A stretch of 63,784 nucleotides of DNA, filler included, from Rhabdomonas costata (taxonomy: Eukaryota), in the NCBI GenBank assembly GCA_019059605.1. It is 56 parts of 56 records of this genome, joined end to end, with 100 filler letters (N's around TTAATTAATTAA, not from the genome) between each part and the next. Parts side by side here need not be neighbours in the genome. Positions count along the whole stretch, not along the records: positions 35,369 to 36,409 come from JAHMHO010031880.1; positions 36,510 to 37,550 come from JAHMHO010031881.1; positions 37,651 to 38,691 come from JAHMHO010031882.1; positions 38,792 to 39,832 come from JAHMHO010031883.1; positions 39,933 to 40,973 come from JAHMHO010031884.1; positions 41,074 to 42,114 come from JAHMHO010031885.1; positions 42,215 to 43,255 come from JAHMHO010031886.1; positions 43,356 to 44,396 come from JAHMHO010031887.1; 48 more parts are not named here. One strand, written 5' to 3'. Shown one piece after another: positions 36,023 to 49,190 of this stretch (within the stretch, counting starts at the first letter, position 1; the number at the start of each line of letters is the position of its first letter). The translations under genes and the position numbers were made by a program. The notes under the pieces were generated by a model that was given only the letters and a program-made list of their open reading frames with translations, ran no database searches and was not told the DNA's origin.

Positions 36023-36524
36023 GTATTGGAAAAGCTGTTTCTGTCCTGCCGGTGATGGGCAGGGAGGTCTTCCAGTGATTCCGATTTCTAGTCGGCTTGA
36101 CGCCTTTTCTTGCTTCATGATTCATTTTCATTTTCCATCCCGCTTGCGTTTTGTTGGACCCGAAGGATGGAAGCGATACAAAATGTCCACTGGTGTGTTT
36201 TGCATATTTGTACTATTCGCCCCTGGCTCCTCGTCTTACAAGCCCTGACTCATGAACGTTTTGTGAACGTGCTATTCCCTAAACTTGCGTTACTCGAGCA
36301 GAAGGCGAAGCCGAAACCGGCCCGGGGTCTTTGTGATTACAAAAGGCTTCCCGAAAAAATTACGTTCACATGTCCGACGCCCCGCGCGACATGTCTCTCC
36401 CCAACCACANNNNNNNNNNNNNNNNNNNNNNNNNNNNNNNNNNNNNNNNNNNNTTAATTAATTAANNNNNNNNNNNNNNNNNNNNNNNNNNNNNNNNNNN
36501 NNNNNNNNNGTGGGTGTTGTGCAG

Positions 36525-36617
36525 CTGCTGGGCTTTGCCCTGCTCATTCTCGGGGGACTGATGTACCGTGCCTGGGTCCGGATCCCGGGCTGCTTCTACC
36601 CTCCCACGGAGGAGTGA
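36525..36617 (+). CDS. C-terminus of SLC35F6-like DMT/nucleotide-sugar transporter
   Basis: (Q)LLGFALLILGGLMYRAWVRIPGCFYPPTEE-stop; QLxGF..L..G...Y last-helix motif. Confidence 0.65.
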   Translation: MLGFALLILGGLMYRAWVRIPGCFYPPTEE

Positions 36618-37162
36618 GGGACGCTTGGACATCGTGTGGGGTGTGGGGTGGGTCGAGTCAGCAGGGTTATTCTAGCGTGCTGCCAGTGACACTTGTTCAC
36701 GTGCGGGTGCTTGTGTATGCTACTGCCTCATGTATTCTGTCATCTTGCGCAATGAACTGTTGGTGTAGGAGTTGGACACCTGCAGTACATGCGCATCTAC
36801 ATACGGATTGTACTGCTGGCCCGTGATGGCCAACGATCGCCGACGATAGCCAGGTGCTCTTTCTGGTTTATTGAATGGGCGCAGGAGTAGGCCGGTGTGA
36901 TCGGTTGAGTAGGGACGTTCGATGTGGTCGTTTCATACTGCAGAACGTGGAACCATGTTCAACGACTTGATTGAAGGTAGGGTAGAAAAGGTGTGAAGGT
37001 TTATGACGTTTAACGCCGTCCTTCCCTCCACCTCATTGAAGATACAAAAGTCCTTAAAAGTCCTTGTGGAAATACACTTGCATTCTTGCTTCAGGGGGAC
37101 GTAACCTTCTCCGGGAGTGTTTTGTTGGTGTGTGTGTGTGTGGTTTTTTGGTGGTCCCGAGA

Positions 37163-37291
37163 ATGCCTGCCCTACTTTGGTTTGGACGGCGGTGGCAGAT
37201 AGGGGCGGACGACCTGGTGCTTCCCGGAGTGTTGGTCGGCGCTTGCCACTTCACCTTTCTGGGGTTGTTGAGCTGGCTGCTGACAGTTCAG
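37163..37291 (+). CDS. Diacylglycerol lipase-like protein, first exon
   Basis: MPALLWFGRRWQIGADDLVLPG...|gtcttt matches the DAGL N-terminus MPxxxxFGRRWxIxxDDLVxP. Confidence 0.8.
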
Positions 37292-37942
37292 GTCTTTGCT
37301 CCCGTGCTGAAGGCAGCTGGATCCCCCCCCACACACACACTTTATTGTACACGTACCACCTCATGGGTCGTATGCCCTAGTTAGTTTCTGCGGATGGTGT
37401 GCCCTTGATATGCTGATTGACAGGTTTTTAACGAGGAAACCATCCTGACACAAATGTCTTGGGTCAGAGCTCATCCAGAGGGTCTTTGCCGGTTAGCCGC
37501 CATTTTGTTGCATTTCGCTGCATGTATGTATCGAAATACAACAAACAAACNNNNNNNNNNNNNNNNNNNNNNNNNNNNNNNNNNNNNNNNNNNNTTAATT
37601 AATTAANNNNNNNNNNNNNNNNNNNNNNNNNNNNNNNNNNNNNNNNNNNNCACAGGATGTGCCATCCGCCACCGGTCTTTCCTGAACTCCGGGGACTGGC
37701 TTTGCGCCACATACACACGAAGTAGCATACCCACATACAAACACCTAACCCACCACAGAAACACGCAAGCCCTAGAAGTTGGCAAAAACACATAGAGCAT
37801 ATACACACCGTGTAACATCACCCACAGATATCGTGTCCAAACGCAAAGCCCCAAAGCAAAGCACGCTTTGCGCTCGCTCTCTGCACAAACCTGATCAATG
37901 AGTGGGATGGCCCGCTCTCTTCACTGTCCCGTTGCCCCACAG

Positions 37943-38482
37943 GTACTTCAACATCTTGAAGCTATATATCCCTGCTCTGGCGATCAGCCTGGCCATGCTG
38001 TACATCTACAACTGGAGGGTTAAGTTGGCCGAGGTGTTCTTTAACGTGCTGTTCTACGTCCTCCTGTACGCCATGGGGGTGGACGGGATGGTGAGCGGGT
38101 GGAACTTCTACGTCAAGATCAAGAGCTGGTGGACCCGCAGCAAGTTCACGGCCAAGGTTTTTCCTTTTTCCGCCCAGAGGCAGGGACATTTCGTGTGAGC
38201 GCTGGCGGTTTGTCCCTTCCAGACCACGGACCACCAGTGCACCACATACCGTGAGTGTTCCCAGCCCCCTACAGGGTCATCATGACTTAAATTCGAAAGG
38301 GTTGTGAAGATGGCCATTCTCTTCACTGTGGGTGGGCGGGTTCTGGGCGGTTTGTGTTCGGGCGCTCATCGCTTTCTGAATCTCCCACAGGGCTTCGTGA
38401 CCTCCCCGCGGACCCCTCAGACGGAGGATGCCGTGTGGTTTGACCGACTGTCCATCCCGCGCTTCTTCTTCGACATTCAGCG
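37943..38482 (+). CDS. Multi-pass membrane protein, 2 exons
   Basis: 37943-38156 and 38391-38482 in frame, strong GC3: YFNILKLYIPALAISLAMLYIYNW...FFNVLFYVLLYAMGVDG...KFTAKGFVTSPRT. Family not recognised. Confidence 0.65.
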
Positions 38483-39698
38483 GTAGAGTAACCTCTTTTT
38501 GTGAATGTGATCGTTTATTTCTGTTTCTGTTTCCAAATGCAACACGATTGTCACACTGTTGGTTGGGTGTTCACACTGAAATACCCTTTCCATTGGAAGG
38601 CACCTCTGAAGTTGTTGGAAGCGTGAACGCGACCGCATTTGCGACCCGTTGTGATGGTATTCGCGCTGTGTTCTGCCTTGAGGAGTTGGCTNNNNNNNNN
38701 NNNNNNNNNNNNNNNNNNNNNNNNNNNNNNNNNNNTTAATTAATTAANNNNNNNNNNNNNNNNNNNNNNNNNNNNNNNNNNNNNNNNNNNNGGGGTGGTG
38801 TGTTTGGTGTGTTTTGCCAAGCCAAAGAATGAGTGAAAACAGTCCGTTATTTTCTATAAAATATTTTCATATAAAAGGGCTCACCTGAGGGAGTTGACAG
38901 GCTGCCTCTAACAGTGGATCGGCAATCCTCTCCAAAAATGAGTGCGCACCCGTGCCCTTTGCACAGGTAAAATCCATCAGTCTTGATAAAACACAGAAGC
39001 AGGGGAAAACGCTCCCTGAGCATGGCTTGAAGCTCCGAGAGTAGGAAGAAGTCAGCTTCCGTGAAAAGCCTACAGCAACAAGAGAATAGTTTGAGTTGTC
39101 AAGCCTGCGCTAAGCAAGAGAGCTTAAACAAACACATGCACATGCACATTTTCTCCTTTCTCCTCTCTCCACTCCCTGTGATGTGTACATCAGCTCACAT
39201 ACGTTTGCTGTTTGCCCACCAGACGCTGAGCCTGAATGATAGGCCTGTTTGTACGGGCATGCCTGTGATTTATCTTCCAAACAGAAAGTTCTGTCATTTT
39301 CAGTTTTCTTCTGTCGGTACGCTCCAATTTCGGTTGGCGCTAAATGGACATGGATTTCTTATCTGTGCAACTTCTGTTGTGAAAGTCGAACCGCAATCTA
39401 AATTTGCTGCAAAAAAAACAGAACAGAAAAAAAAACCCCTCAGCAACTTCCCGGTTGAGACAGGATAACAGAACCCGCCGAGGCTCAGGTTTATCACTGG
39501 TCAGCCTGAAACAGAAGACAAAAAAATGAGAAAATTTCTTCTCCTTACATCACATTACCATTCGCCAACCTGGACCATTCCATCTCCACGCCCAGTGTTC
39601 TGTGTTTTGACCTCGTCCCAGTTAGCGGGCAATATGCTCAACCCATATTGAATTGAGTAGCGGAGTTGACCAGGTTTTTTATCTTATGGTCCAGCTCA

Positions 39699-39699
39699 A

Positions 39700-39746
<47 letters not shown>

Positions 39747-39766
39747 GCGCACACACACACACACAC
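39699..39766. repeat. (GCAC)n-(CA)n microsatellite
   Basis: Direct read. Confidence 0.95.
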
Positions 39767-39946
39767 TTGGTGCACTTGGCAAGGATGAGTTTTTTCTGGG
39801 GAGGACTCGAGGTCCACTTCTCCCCAAAAAACNNNNNNNNNNNNNNNNNNNNNNNNNNNNNNNNNNNNNNNNNNNNTTAATTAATTAANNNNNNNNNNNN
39901 NNNNNNNNNNNNNNNNNNNNNNNNNNNNNNNNGGTGGGGTTGGGTT

Positions 39947-40841
39947 GCTAAGGTTCGTGTCGCGGCACCGTCTGAGGGCAACTCCGAGCTGCGGCCTTCG
40001 TTCTACGACATGATCTCCAATGATCACGACATTCTGAAGGTGATGGTGCTGATCATGACGGGAATGAGCTCCGTGCAGGAGGACGTCACGAAGTACCTCT
40101 ACCGCTGGGACAAGTACAACAACATCTACACCCTGGACAAGGTTGGAAGGCCTCGCCACGCGCGAACGGGGCTAGAGAGAACATGGAAAGGGTGGAAAAG
40201 GAGGATCCTCTGTGTGCGGTTGTGGGCTGAGTTTTTCTGGCACCGGTTTCACCGCGTCTCTTCTTGTGTGGGTGTGGCACCCCGTCAAGGCGAGCAGCTC
40301 CAGTTTAGTATGTGCAGTGTAGTATGGCTCCAGTGCAAGGCAGTTTGCATATATTTATTGGTGGTGTTGACGCGAGGGGGTTGAGCCAGCTGCAACAGGT
40401 AGCGCTCGCAGCTGGTGAGGACGTTGCTCGGGGATAAGCTAAGCATGCGGAGGTGGGGATCCGCCCCAGCCCATTCGGCAAAGCGTGCCATTTGGTATAG
40501 GTACTCCATTCGAGTGGAGGGTTACACCGTAATTGCATGGCCATATTTGCATGGCTGCGCTTCTGTTGGGAAGGCATGTCCAACTTGTGGATAATCAACT
40601 CCGCAAAAAGCAGCTGAGGCCTTTGACCCAAGGCCTTTGACTCAAGGTTGCATGTAGTGTCACTTCTTCGCAACCGTTCCAACACCGCTGCTTGGTTCTT
40701 CGCTCACAGGATGCCTTCATTCGGAGGTTTGCGAAAGCCAACCGTCCGCTGTCCCAGTTCGATGCCGAGATCCAGAAGTACAAGGACAACCTCAACCTGA
40801 TGCAGAACGAGGAGACCGCCACGGTGATCAAGTTCATCAAG
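39947..40841 (+). CDS. DNAH2: Axonemal inner-arm dynein heavy chain (I1/f beta, DNAH2-like), 2 exons of the tail
   Basis: Exon to 40141 and exon 40710-40841: ...IMTGMSSVQEDVTKYLYRWDKYNNIYTLDKDAFIRRFAKANRPLSQFDAEIQKY...QNEETATVIKFI, colinear with the DNAH2 tail. Confidence 0.8.
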
Positions 40842-41250
40842 GTTTGGTGCCTCCTTTCCATACACGCACCTGGTGTTTTCTTATAATCCCAAGCGCGAGT
40901 CGGCATCCGTGCCGGCTGAGAGGCTCTTTTTGAAGGGAAGGAAAAGAAGGAGACAAGGTGAAGATGCTCACTTNNNNNNNNNNNNNNNNNNNNNNNNNNN
41001 NNNNNNNNNNNNNNNNNTTAATTAATTAANNNNNNNNNNNNNNNNNNNNNNNNNNNNNNNNNNNNNNNNNNNNTTTGTTTGTGGTCAGCTCTGGCGTCAA
41101 CACTTGCCAGTGAGCAGTGCTCGACTCATCGGATTGAGTGAAAGCGAGCTAATAGCGTTGGGCGAAAGATGCAGAAATATGTCATAGAGGAGGACGCAAG
41201 CGGAGTACGGGGAGGGGATCGCGTTCGTGTGTCTGCCCACGCACCTACAG

Positions 41251-41404
41251 GTCGGTGCGTCCGACACCCACTGCTTCCAGAAGTTCATGGAGGGGGGCAA
41301 GAAGAACCCTGTGCCTGCCACGGAGCCCGACCCGGACACCCTTGCCGCGCTGATCTACACCTCGGGTACCACTGGGGTCCCGAAGGGGGTGGAGCTCACC
41401 CACA
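41251..41404 (+). CDS. AMP-dependent synthetase (long-chain acyl-CoA synthetase-like) exon
   Basis: LAALIYTSGTTGVPKGVELTH AMP-binding signature; cag|...|gtatgt. Confidence 0.9.
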
Positions 41405-42021
41405 GTATGTCCCCTATGCTTGAAGGGATGGTTGAAACTCCTGAGTTGAGCGGCTGCATCTCCACGCCGAGTTATGATATCTTGAAGGGTCCATTTTTTC
41501 TTGGCCCTTTTTAACTTTTGCCTTCTGCCAACCACATTTCCAAGGGTATGGGGGGAGGCAGCTTTTCAAAATGCAGGGGTCCGCAAGGAGCTGCGGAGCA
41601 TATCTAAGAGTTGACGCGAGGAATGCTTGCGCCGAAATGCGTCGGTTTGCAGCGGTTTATTCCTCTCTGTGCCTAAGTCAGTAAGGCTCAGGAACGCGAC
41701 ACCCACTCCACCGTAACGCTCGGCATTAGTTCAGGCGCTCTTTCAGACATTCGCCCTGACCCAAATCCCCTCCCATTCCTCCCATTCACATGCACACCCA
41801 CACAACCGAGGAAGGAGTGTGGAGTCGCAGAGACCTGAGCATCAGTGGAGCAATGCAGGTAGCCGCTGGAAAAGAGCAGCTGCGCGACAACGGCCCGGGA
41901 CGCGTGGGGCTGAAGGGAGGTTACCAGATGTGGAACGTTCCGCAGTGAGCCAATTCCGGTTCCCCACGGCACCGTTCGCTCCAACGGCACCTCCCGCGAG
42001 CACCCATTGCCAACAGCGGGT

Positions 42022-42114
42022 GCGCCCGTCATTCCAGAGTGGTCACCAACAACCAAGCCACCAGTCAACCAGGCAACAGCCAGCGCGCAATGCGCCCAAC
42101 ACACACACACACAC
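42022..42114 (+). repeat. Dispersed short repeat ending in (CA)n, copy 2
   Basis: Matches 3035-3139. Confidence 0.85.
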
Positions 42115-43416
42115 NNNNNNNNNNNNNNNNNNNNNNNNNNNNNNNNNNNNNNNNNNNNTTAATTAATTAANNNNNNNNNNNNNNNNNNNNNNNNNNNNNN
42201 NNNNNNNNNNNNNNTTTGTTGTTTCCTGGTGCGTTTCTTCAAAAAGCAAAACTCAAGCTATTTAACTAACTAGGTTTACTCTGTTCTTGCGTGACAGGCG
42301 GCAGATGGCGTGTGATGGTAAGGGGCCGAATTCAAGTGTAAAATAGTCCGTGTATTTCACTCTAATTCGCGTTTTTTCCCGTGGCCTGGACAGGTCATTT
42401 CGACCTGGTAGGGCACCTCCTAGCGCCCGCGGCATTAGCTGTATTGCTCAAGCGCATTGATGAGTGGCCCGAGTAAAAAAAAACGTTCGTTCGAGGGGGT
42501 CGTCTGTGCGCTTCGGGGGCTTTTGTTTTCCGCCCTATTTTGAATGGGAAAAGCAAGGCCCGTAACCAGAGGTAGTTGAAACAAACGCCTAAAAAAGCGC
42601 CCGACGGATGGGCCCGACCCATGTGGGACTTGGGCCTCAATGTTTCTCAAATAGTGGTCCCGAGTTGCCCTTTGGGCTAATAACGTTACCCTCCTGTGGG
42701 TATCTTTTGAATGTGATGGCCCGCGCGCTTACTTGCTTCCTGTCGTTCCCCGGCCGTGTCCGGCTTAGCCCCGATTTTTGTTTCCCACGCATCACCATTT
42801 GCGGGATCCTGTTCCCATCCACCAAGGAAATGGTTGGATCTTAGATTTTCCGCCTTCCAAAATTTTATTGGGTCCAGGCGGATCGGTGGGCCTCGTTTTA
42901 TTTCCTCGCGTTGTCTGGCGCGCCCCGCCCAATAAATTTAGCCACAAAATCGCGGCGTCGCCCGGAATCTATCAAGGTGGTCAGTGGCTAGCCGGTGCGT
43001 CCCCGATTAATCCGCCAGCCGCTTAACTAGCGAAAGTCAAGCTTACAGGTTAATGCTTGACTTCAGGCTCCCGGGTAAACCACCGCATAAACGAAAAAAG
43101 GCACCCAATACAGTACCAAACAGGGTTAACGGAGGGATGAAGGGATGAAAAGGGCAATGTGACACGGGACCGAACCGAGGCGCGGATTGAGGCTAGAAAG
43201 ATTGAGGCAACGAAAGGCAACGACAAAAAAAAGCGGAAAACGGCAAAACCAACACNNNNNNNNNNNNNNNNNNNNNNNNNNNNNNNNNNNNNNNNNNNNT
43301 TAATTAATTAANNNNNNNNNNNNNNNNNNNNNNNNNNNNNNNNNNNNNNNNNNNNGTTGGTTGGTTCCGTTTTTGTTCAACTGATGTGGTGATTCACTGC
43401 TGTGCTTTGTGGGTAG

Positions 43417-44177
43417 GGTACAGCTGCATTATCAGCATTACCATCCACACCGCCAACTCCCGGCTGCGCGGCCACACGCAGGCCCTGTACGTGCTGACAA
43501 AGTTCAACTCCTCCCGGTTTGAGTTTATCTTCACCAATCTGGTGTGCTGTTTGAATTTTTCCCACTGGCGTGACGTGTGTGATTTTCCACTGCTATCCAC
43601 CCCGAGCTTCTGAGAGGTTAATGTAACCCTCCACTTTTCCGACCTGCCGAAAATGCCCCCATCGTTCGCACCCACGCCTCAGCCCGTTTGTGTATTGCCT
43701 GCTCCATTGAACAGACCCCGTGCTCTGTGAACCCATGAACCGGCACAATTTTACACGCTTGTATTCTATTCTTTTCTTCCCTCCCTCCCTTGGTCTCTGC
43801 GTTCCAACGTCACCCCCTTCTGCCATCTGACAATTGCTAAATCCCAATGTCCCGCCTCTCTCTCTCTCTCTCTCTCTCGCCGGTTTGGTCAGAAATGACT
43901 TATGCCTTTATCAACTGTTACCTTATATGTTACGCCTTTGTGTTGATTGTAAGGATCACTTTGCATTGACCACTTCTGCACAGCATCATCTCAAACGATT
44001 ACTGCGTGTCACCACTCACCATGTGGTTTTTATGTTCAGGTGAAGAACTCTCCGAGGCTTTTCACCACCGTCCAAGCGGTGCACCGAGCATATGAAACCA
44101 GCAAGCTGTACCGAGACTTGAAGCTCCGCGGAGCGATCATCCGTGACAAGGAGCTGATCCTGCTTCCCAAGGAGCAG
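43417..44177 (+). CDS. BBS5: Bardet-Biedl syndrome 5 protein, 2 exons
   Basis: 43417-43541 and 44040-44177: [76 protein letters not shown]. Confidence 0.97.
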
Positions 44178-44510
44178 GTAGGTCTCACTCCTGTGCAAGG
44201 GCTGCCAGCTGCATCAGTATTTCCATTGGTCGATATCCTGCTTGCTTGATTCTTCTGTATTCTTCTCTGCCGATCGGGTTTTTAGCCCCAATTAACGCCC
44301 GGCAGTCACCAACAAAAACCCACTTCCCAACCCGTGCGAGGCCTGACGAGGCCGTGGCGGCCGCTCGCTTCCGCCTCCATTGTCTACCACCACCCCNNNN
44401 NNNNNNNNNNNNNNNNNNNNNNNNNNNNNNNNNNNNNNNNTTAATTAATTAANNNNNNNNNNNNNNNNNNNNNNNNNNNNNNNNNNNNNNNNNNNNTGTG
44501 GTTGTGTTAC

Positions 44511-45148
44511 CTCAGCCAGAAAGTTTGACGGTCCTTGGCCAGCACTCGCAGCCAGTCTCGCAACCCCTTCTTGATCAGGAAGTTTCGGGTAAGGTACCGG
44601 AGAAACCTGAGAGTTCGCGGCGAACAGAATCAAATACTTGAGGCCACAAAAGGGAAAAGGTAGCAACAGAAGATGAATGCTGAAATTAAAAGAATGAAAT
44701 TTTGAAGCTGTTGCACCTCTTTGTGAAAGGAGTGTACGAGGTGATGCTGAGGACGGGGCCTTCCAGCTTGATGAAGATCTTACGGGTGTGGAGCCTATCT
44801 GGCCGCCCGGGCTTCCCCGCAAGACGAATCCTCTTGCGAACGTACGCATACTGCGAACAGAAGTGACACAAATCACCAGGTCAACTTGGGATTGTAAATG
44901 CCAAGGCACTCTGCAGCCCGGAGTGCGAGGGGAAGATTTTTCCGCACCGCGACATTCAAACTTGTGTTGACCCAAAGGGAGCGAATTGACAACATCACAG
45001 AGGTTTTACAAGGAAAAATGTACAGCAACAGGTGTGTCCGCAGGTTTGCTCAGCTGAACGAGCATGCAACGGAACATACCAGACTGTTGAGCATGTCGCT
45101 GTCGAGGATGCCATCGTTGGCAGGGATTGTGCAGTCGAGCTTCCACAC
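44511..45148 (-). CDS. RPL22: 60S ribosomal protein eL22, divergent, 3 clear exons
   Basis: 45148-45080, 44850-44717, 44606-44511: [38 protein letters not shown]...[31 protein letters not shown]..DGI and LRDWLRV motifs. A further 5' exon may start at 45319. Confidence 0.9.
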
Positions 45149-45986
45149 CTGCGTGACCCACGGAGGTGCAGCAAGAGCACAGTTCCCAAGCTCTGGGAAA
45201 ATTTCCTCGCCCAACGTCATGGTGGGCAATTCAACAATAATGCTTAAAAGCGTAAAAGCACACCACAGCCCTGAAGGTGGACTTCGCAGCCTTCTTCTTC
45301 AGCTTGCCGTGTGCCAGAACTGAGAGAAGCAGACAGTGAGAGAGGAAGAGGCGTCAGCTAAAACCAAATTGTACATAGTTCAATTAAACGTGAGCCGAAG
45401 GTTTAAAAAAAAACCACACAACCTCAAAACCTCACCTTATTTCGCGGTACTCAAAGTCAAAGTTCAATCCGAAAGAATTGTGATGACAGCACATCGTGTG
45501 AATTGGGAGACAAACACCACCAAACTCTCCTAACACANNNNNNNNNNNNNNNNNNNNNNNNNNNNNNNNNNNNNNNNNNNNTTAATTAATTAANNNNNNN
45601 NNNNNNNNNNNNNNNNNNNNNNNNNNNNNNNNNNNNNGGTGGGGTGGTGGTAGGATGCGGAGCAAAGCAAGCATCATCCTTTAAGAGACCCAGGAAAGGC
45701 GGAGAAGTAACCCACACGACTGTTTTCGTCTGAGGAGAGCGATAATGAGAATGAATTGTCGCTACCCGCATTCCTAGATTCAGCACTTGAGTCCCAGGTA
45801 AGGATCCAGGACATTGAGTGGTAGGGAACCTCGGCCTCATCTGTACGGCGCGATGTGCCCCCTCCCATATTCTTCTGCCTCCCTTCCGCTGTCGTTCCCC
45901 GAGAGAGTGGGTCATCGTCATATCGGTCGCACAGCAGATGACCTTGCCCCATTTCGCAGGTATGTTTACGTCCTCTTTTTTTCCAG

Positions 45987-46410
45987 GGCCTACCAGCAGC
46001 GCTGCCACAGAGCATGCCTGACGAAATCCGCGCTGCCATCTTGAAGGAGCAGGTGCGGAACCTGCATGCTTGTGCACTCCTCCCGATCAGTGTGAGACAG
46101 GGATCGGGTGGAGCATTTTTATGGTGCAATCCCGCAATTCAGCAGAATCCCGCTGGATTTTGCTTAATTCACGAGCAGAACCCTTCCCTTAATCGACTTT
46201 TTGGGTAGGGGGGTTATGGGATCGGGTGACGGCCCATGTGTGTTTGTGTGTCCCACAGACTGTGCTCCAGCAGCTGGCGCAGGTCCAGGACTCGCTGAGA
46301 CGCCGCCGAGCAGCCGCGGCCGCCGAGAGTGCCCTGCAACATCAGCAAGCCAGCAGCAGCAGTAGTCCTGAGGCCGTGGAGCTGGCCCACATTGAGGAGG
46401 ACCTGCTACG
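45987..46410 (+). CDS. Two in-frame exons, helical unknown protein
   Basis: 45987-46052 and 46259-46410, GT-AG: ...MPDEIRAAILKEQTVLQQLAQVQDSLRRRR. Confidence 0.55.
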
Positions 46411-47694
46411 GTGTATGACCAAGCGGGTATTCTTTGCGTTTACATACTCGCACGCACAGACACAAAAACGCTTAAAGCGCTGCAGTGCTGTTCCGTTCCG
46501 TGGTCCCTGCATCACTGCCATCGGCGTGAACGGAAAATGAGCACCTTGTGGGGCTTTTAACGAGCGTATGCGCCGTATGCGCCAGATTCCGAGCACTTCC
46601 TCAGTTTCCCTGGAATATCCGGTCAAAGAATTCTTACATAAGAAACTTTCAGTAGCCCCGCGTCAGCTACCAAACCCCNNNNNNNNNNNNNNNNNNNNNN
46701 NNNNNNNNNNNNNNNNNNNNNNTTAATTAATTAANNNNNNNNNNNNNNNNNNNNNNNNNNNNNNNNNNNNNNNNNNNNCCCATTCGTCTTCCAAATCCCA
46801 GCAACAGATTGGTCCTTTGTCAGCAGCGACCCCCCCTCCCAAACTAAAAGAAGGTTAAACTGATGTTATTCTGGTCACTAAAGCATGTTGCTTTTCAAAC
46901 CAAAAGAATTTCAGTGCCTTTTGTGGCCAGTGGTAACATTTAACAACAACTAGCTGACAGCTAGCGGTACCAACCAAAGCAATCAGCACAGAGTACAAAC
47001 CTCAAAAGAAGTAACGCAATAAAACGCAAGGAAGCACCGAAACAGCTGGTGTAGTGGAGCAGACAGGGTTGCCCTCCGGCAAGCAATGGTTCTCTGCTTG
47101 GATATGTCCCATGATTTCTTAAGTACACCGCACAGAATATGGAGAAGCTTAACACACGCAGTGCAAAAGCCACCAGCATGCCAATCCCAAGGAAAACACA
47201 CCGGAGGAGGGAGGGGGGGGGCGTGCATGGAAACCTCCGTAGTTGCATGTCAGGAGCAGGGCCTGATCAGCGATTCCAAGCTTGAGCTCAGAGGAGGCCG
47301 TGGCCCACCGCCAAAGGTGCTGGTCCGAGCCCGGCTCGGGCTTGTCCACGAAAACCCATACCTATAATCATCCCAGAGGTCAGAGGTCAGAGGAGAATGG
47401 CAATCACCTTCTGAGAATCCAAAGAGGAAAAAGACGAGGAAGGCAATGCCGGAGGGGAAGCAGCAAAACTCAGACAACGACGCAGCCAACCAAGATCATG
47501 CTGGACTTAGCATACAGGTGGTAGTGAGGACAACCGAATCCCACCCTCCGCCCCCCTCCATATGAGGTGATTTCCGACAAATCAGCTTCTCGTGGGGGAA
47601 TCGCTTCAACTCAGGGAGGTTCTTGAGAAACAACAGTGGCGCATTAAACCGAGGTTCTACGGGGTTCCAAACCTCAGCGCTCGCCAAGTCTGAG

Positions 47695-47695
<1 letters not shown>

Positions 47696-47731
<36 letters not shown>
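47696..47731. repeat. (CA)n microsatellite
   Basis: Direct read; shorter CA/GT tracts occur in many other contigs. Confidence 0.95.
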
Positions 47732-47733
<2 letters not shown>

Positions 47734-49190
47734 AGCTGGGTGTAAAGGGAGAACACTGGTACGGATACTGTCAGGCACCGAGGTCGGGTCGAACCCATAT
47801 CACGGTCTAACACGCTGGTCTNNNNNNNNNNNNNNNNNNNNNNNNNNNNNNNNNNNNNNNNNNNNTTAATTAATTAANNNNNNNNNNNNNNNNNNNNNNN
47901 NNNNNNNNNNNNNNNNNNNNNTTGTGGTTTTGCACAAGAGAGTTGAATCGAATAAAGAAGAATTCGGGAAAGCTTGAGAATTATGAGAAGAATGGCGGAA
48001 TTCAAAGAAAGCTGACTTCTTCAAAAGAAGAAATTTGACTGCATTGAAGGATGTTGTTTGCGAGTTCTCTGGACCAGTTTTTCTGTCAGAGTGGTCCTTT
48101 TGTTGGATTAAGGTTTTGCTGCAAACGAAAGGCTGATCAAATGGTTTGGACTTTGATTTCCTTTGTTCGTGCTTCTGCTGGTTGTGCTTTGTAATTAGGT
48201 TGCAAGTGAGAAGCGCGGAGGCGAAGGTAAAGTGTGGGGATTGTAGCTGTTTTGATTGTGGTTGTGAACGCGGATGTACTTGCACTGTTGCTGCGCAGTT
48301 GCGGCGTGAGTCCCAGCCTGCTTGAAGTTGTAGCCAGAGTAGCACCAAGCACGCCACCTTGAATAAGCAGAGCCCGTGGCCGCGCGCCCGAAGAAGTCGA
48401 GACACCAGGTTCCTCCTTGAAAAGCTCGTACCCCCTTCCCCGTCTGTTGATTTGCAGTGTGACCCAGAAGTCTTCAAGAAGCCGGGCTAAAGAATGAGAT
48501 TGCCCCGCCGCCACCTTTGCATAACGCACCCAAGCACACGAGGAAAGACCGAAAAGCCTTGCACGCCTCCCCACGTTGCAGCAGCTGAAATGACAATCCC
48601 ACCACTGACCAAGGGACAGACCAAGGGAGACCACAGGTTCCCTCGCACCCAAGACTTCGGACGCAAGTCGAAGCCGCACCGGTCGTAAGAAACCCAGGGT
48701 AAGCCGGGAAAGCGCCCACTTTCGGAAAACATAGTCGGGATAAGGCTGCGGAACACCGAGCCCAGTGGAACCAGCCCATTTTCACGCAAGTGATCAGGTT
48801 GCAATCCGGGCCGTGTAACTCTCTGCCTCAACCTCAACCAAATTAATACCTATGAAGCTGCTGGCGCGGCAATAAGCTCACAAATTCCCTGGCGCAATCA
48901 TGTCTCCATTTCAACACGTCACGCCAAAAAAGTTCTCTTTATCATCACCTGAAACCAACAAANNNNNNNNNNNNNNNNNNNNNNNNNNNNNNNNNNNNNN
49001 NNNNNNTTAATTAATTAANNNNNNNNNNNNNNNNNNNNNNNNNNNNNNNNNNNNNNNNNNNNGTGGGGTGTGGTTTCTGCGTGACCGGTGGTACCCAACG
49101 AAGTGGTGGCTTCGTGCCTTTGCATGCGAACTGCTGGGGTATGGTGTCCCCCTCCTGTGCTTGCCGAAGGTGCTGCGTCAAGTTTTGCTG

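Noticed and set aside
42215-43255. GGCCCG-rich non-coding contig with a small hairpin near 43034-43063
   Set aside because: It could be transposon subterminal DNA, but no termini, second copy or ORF support a call.
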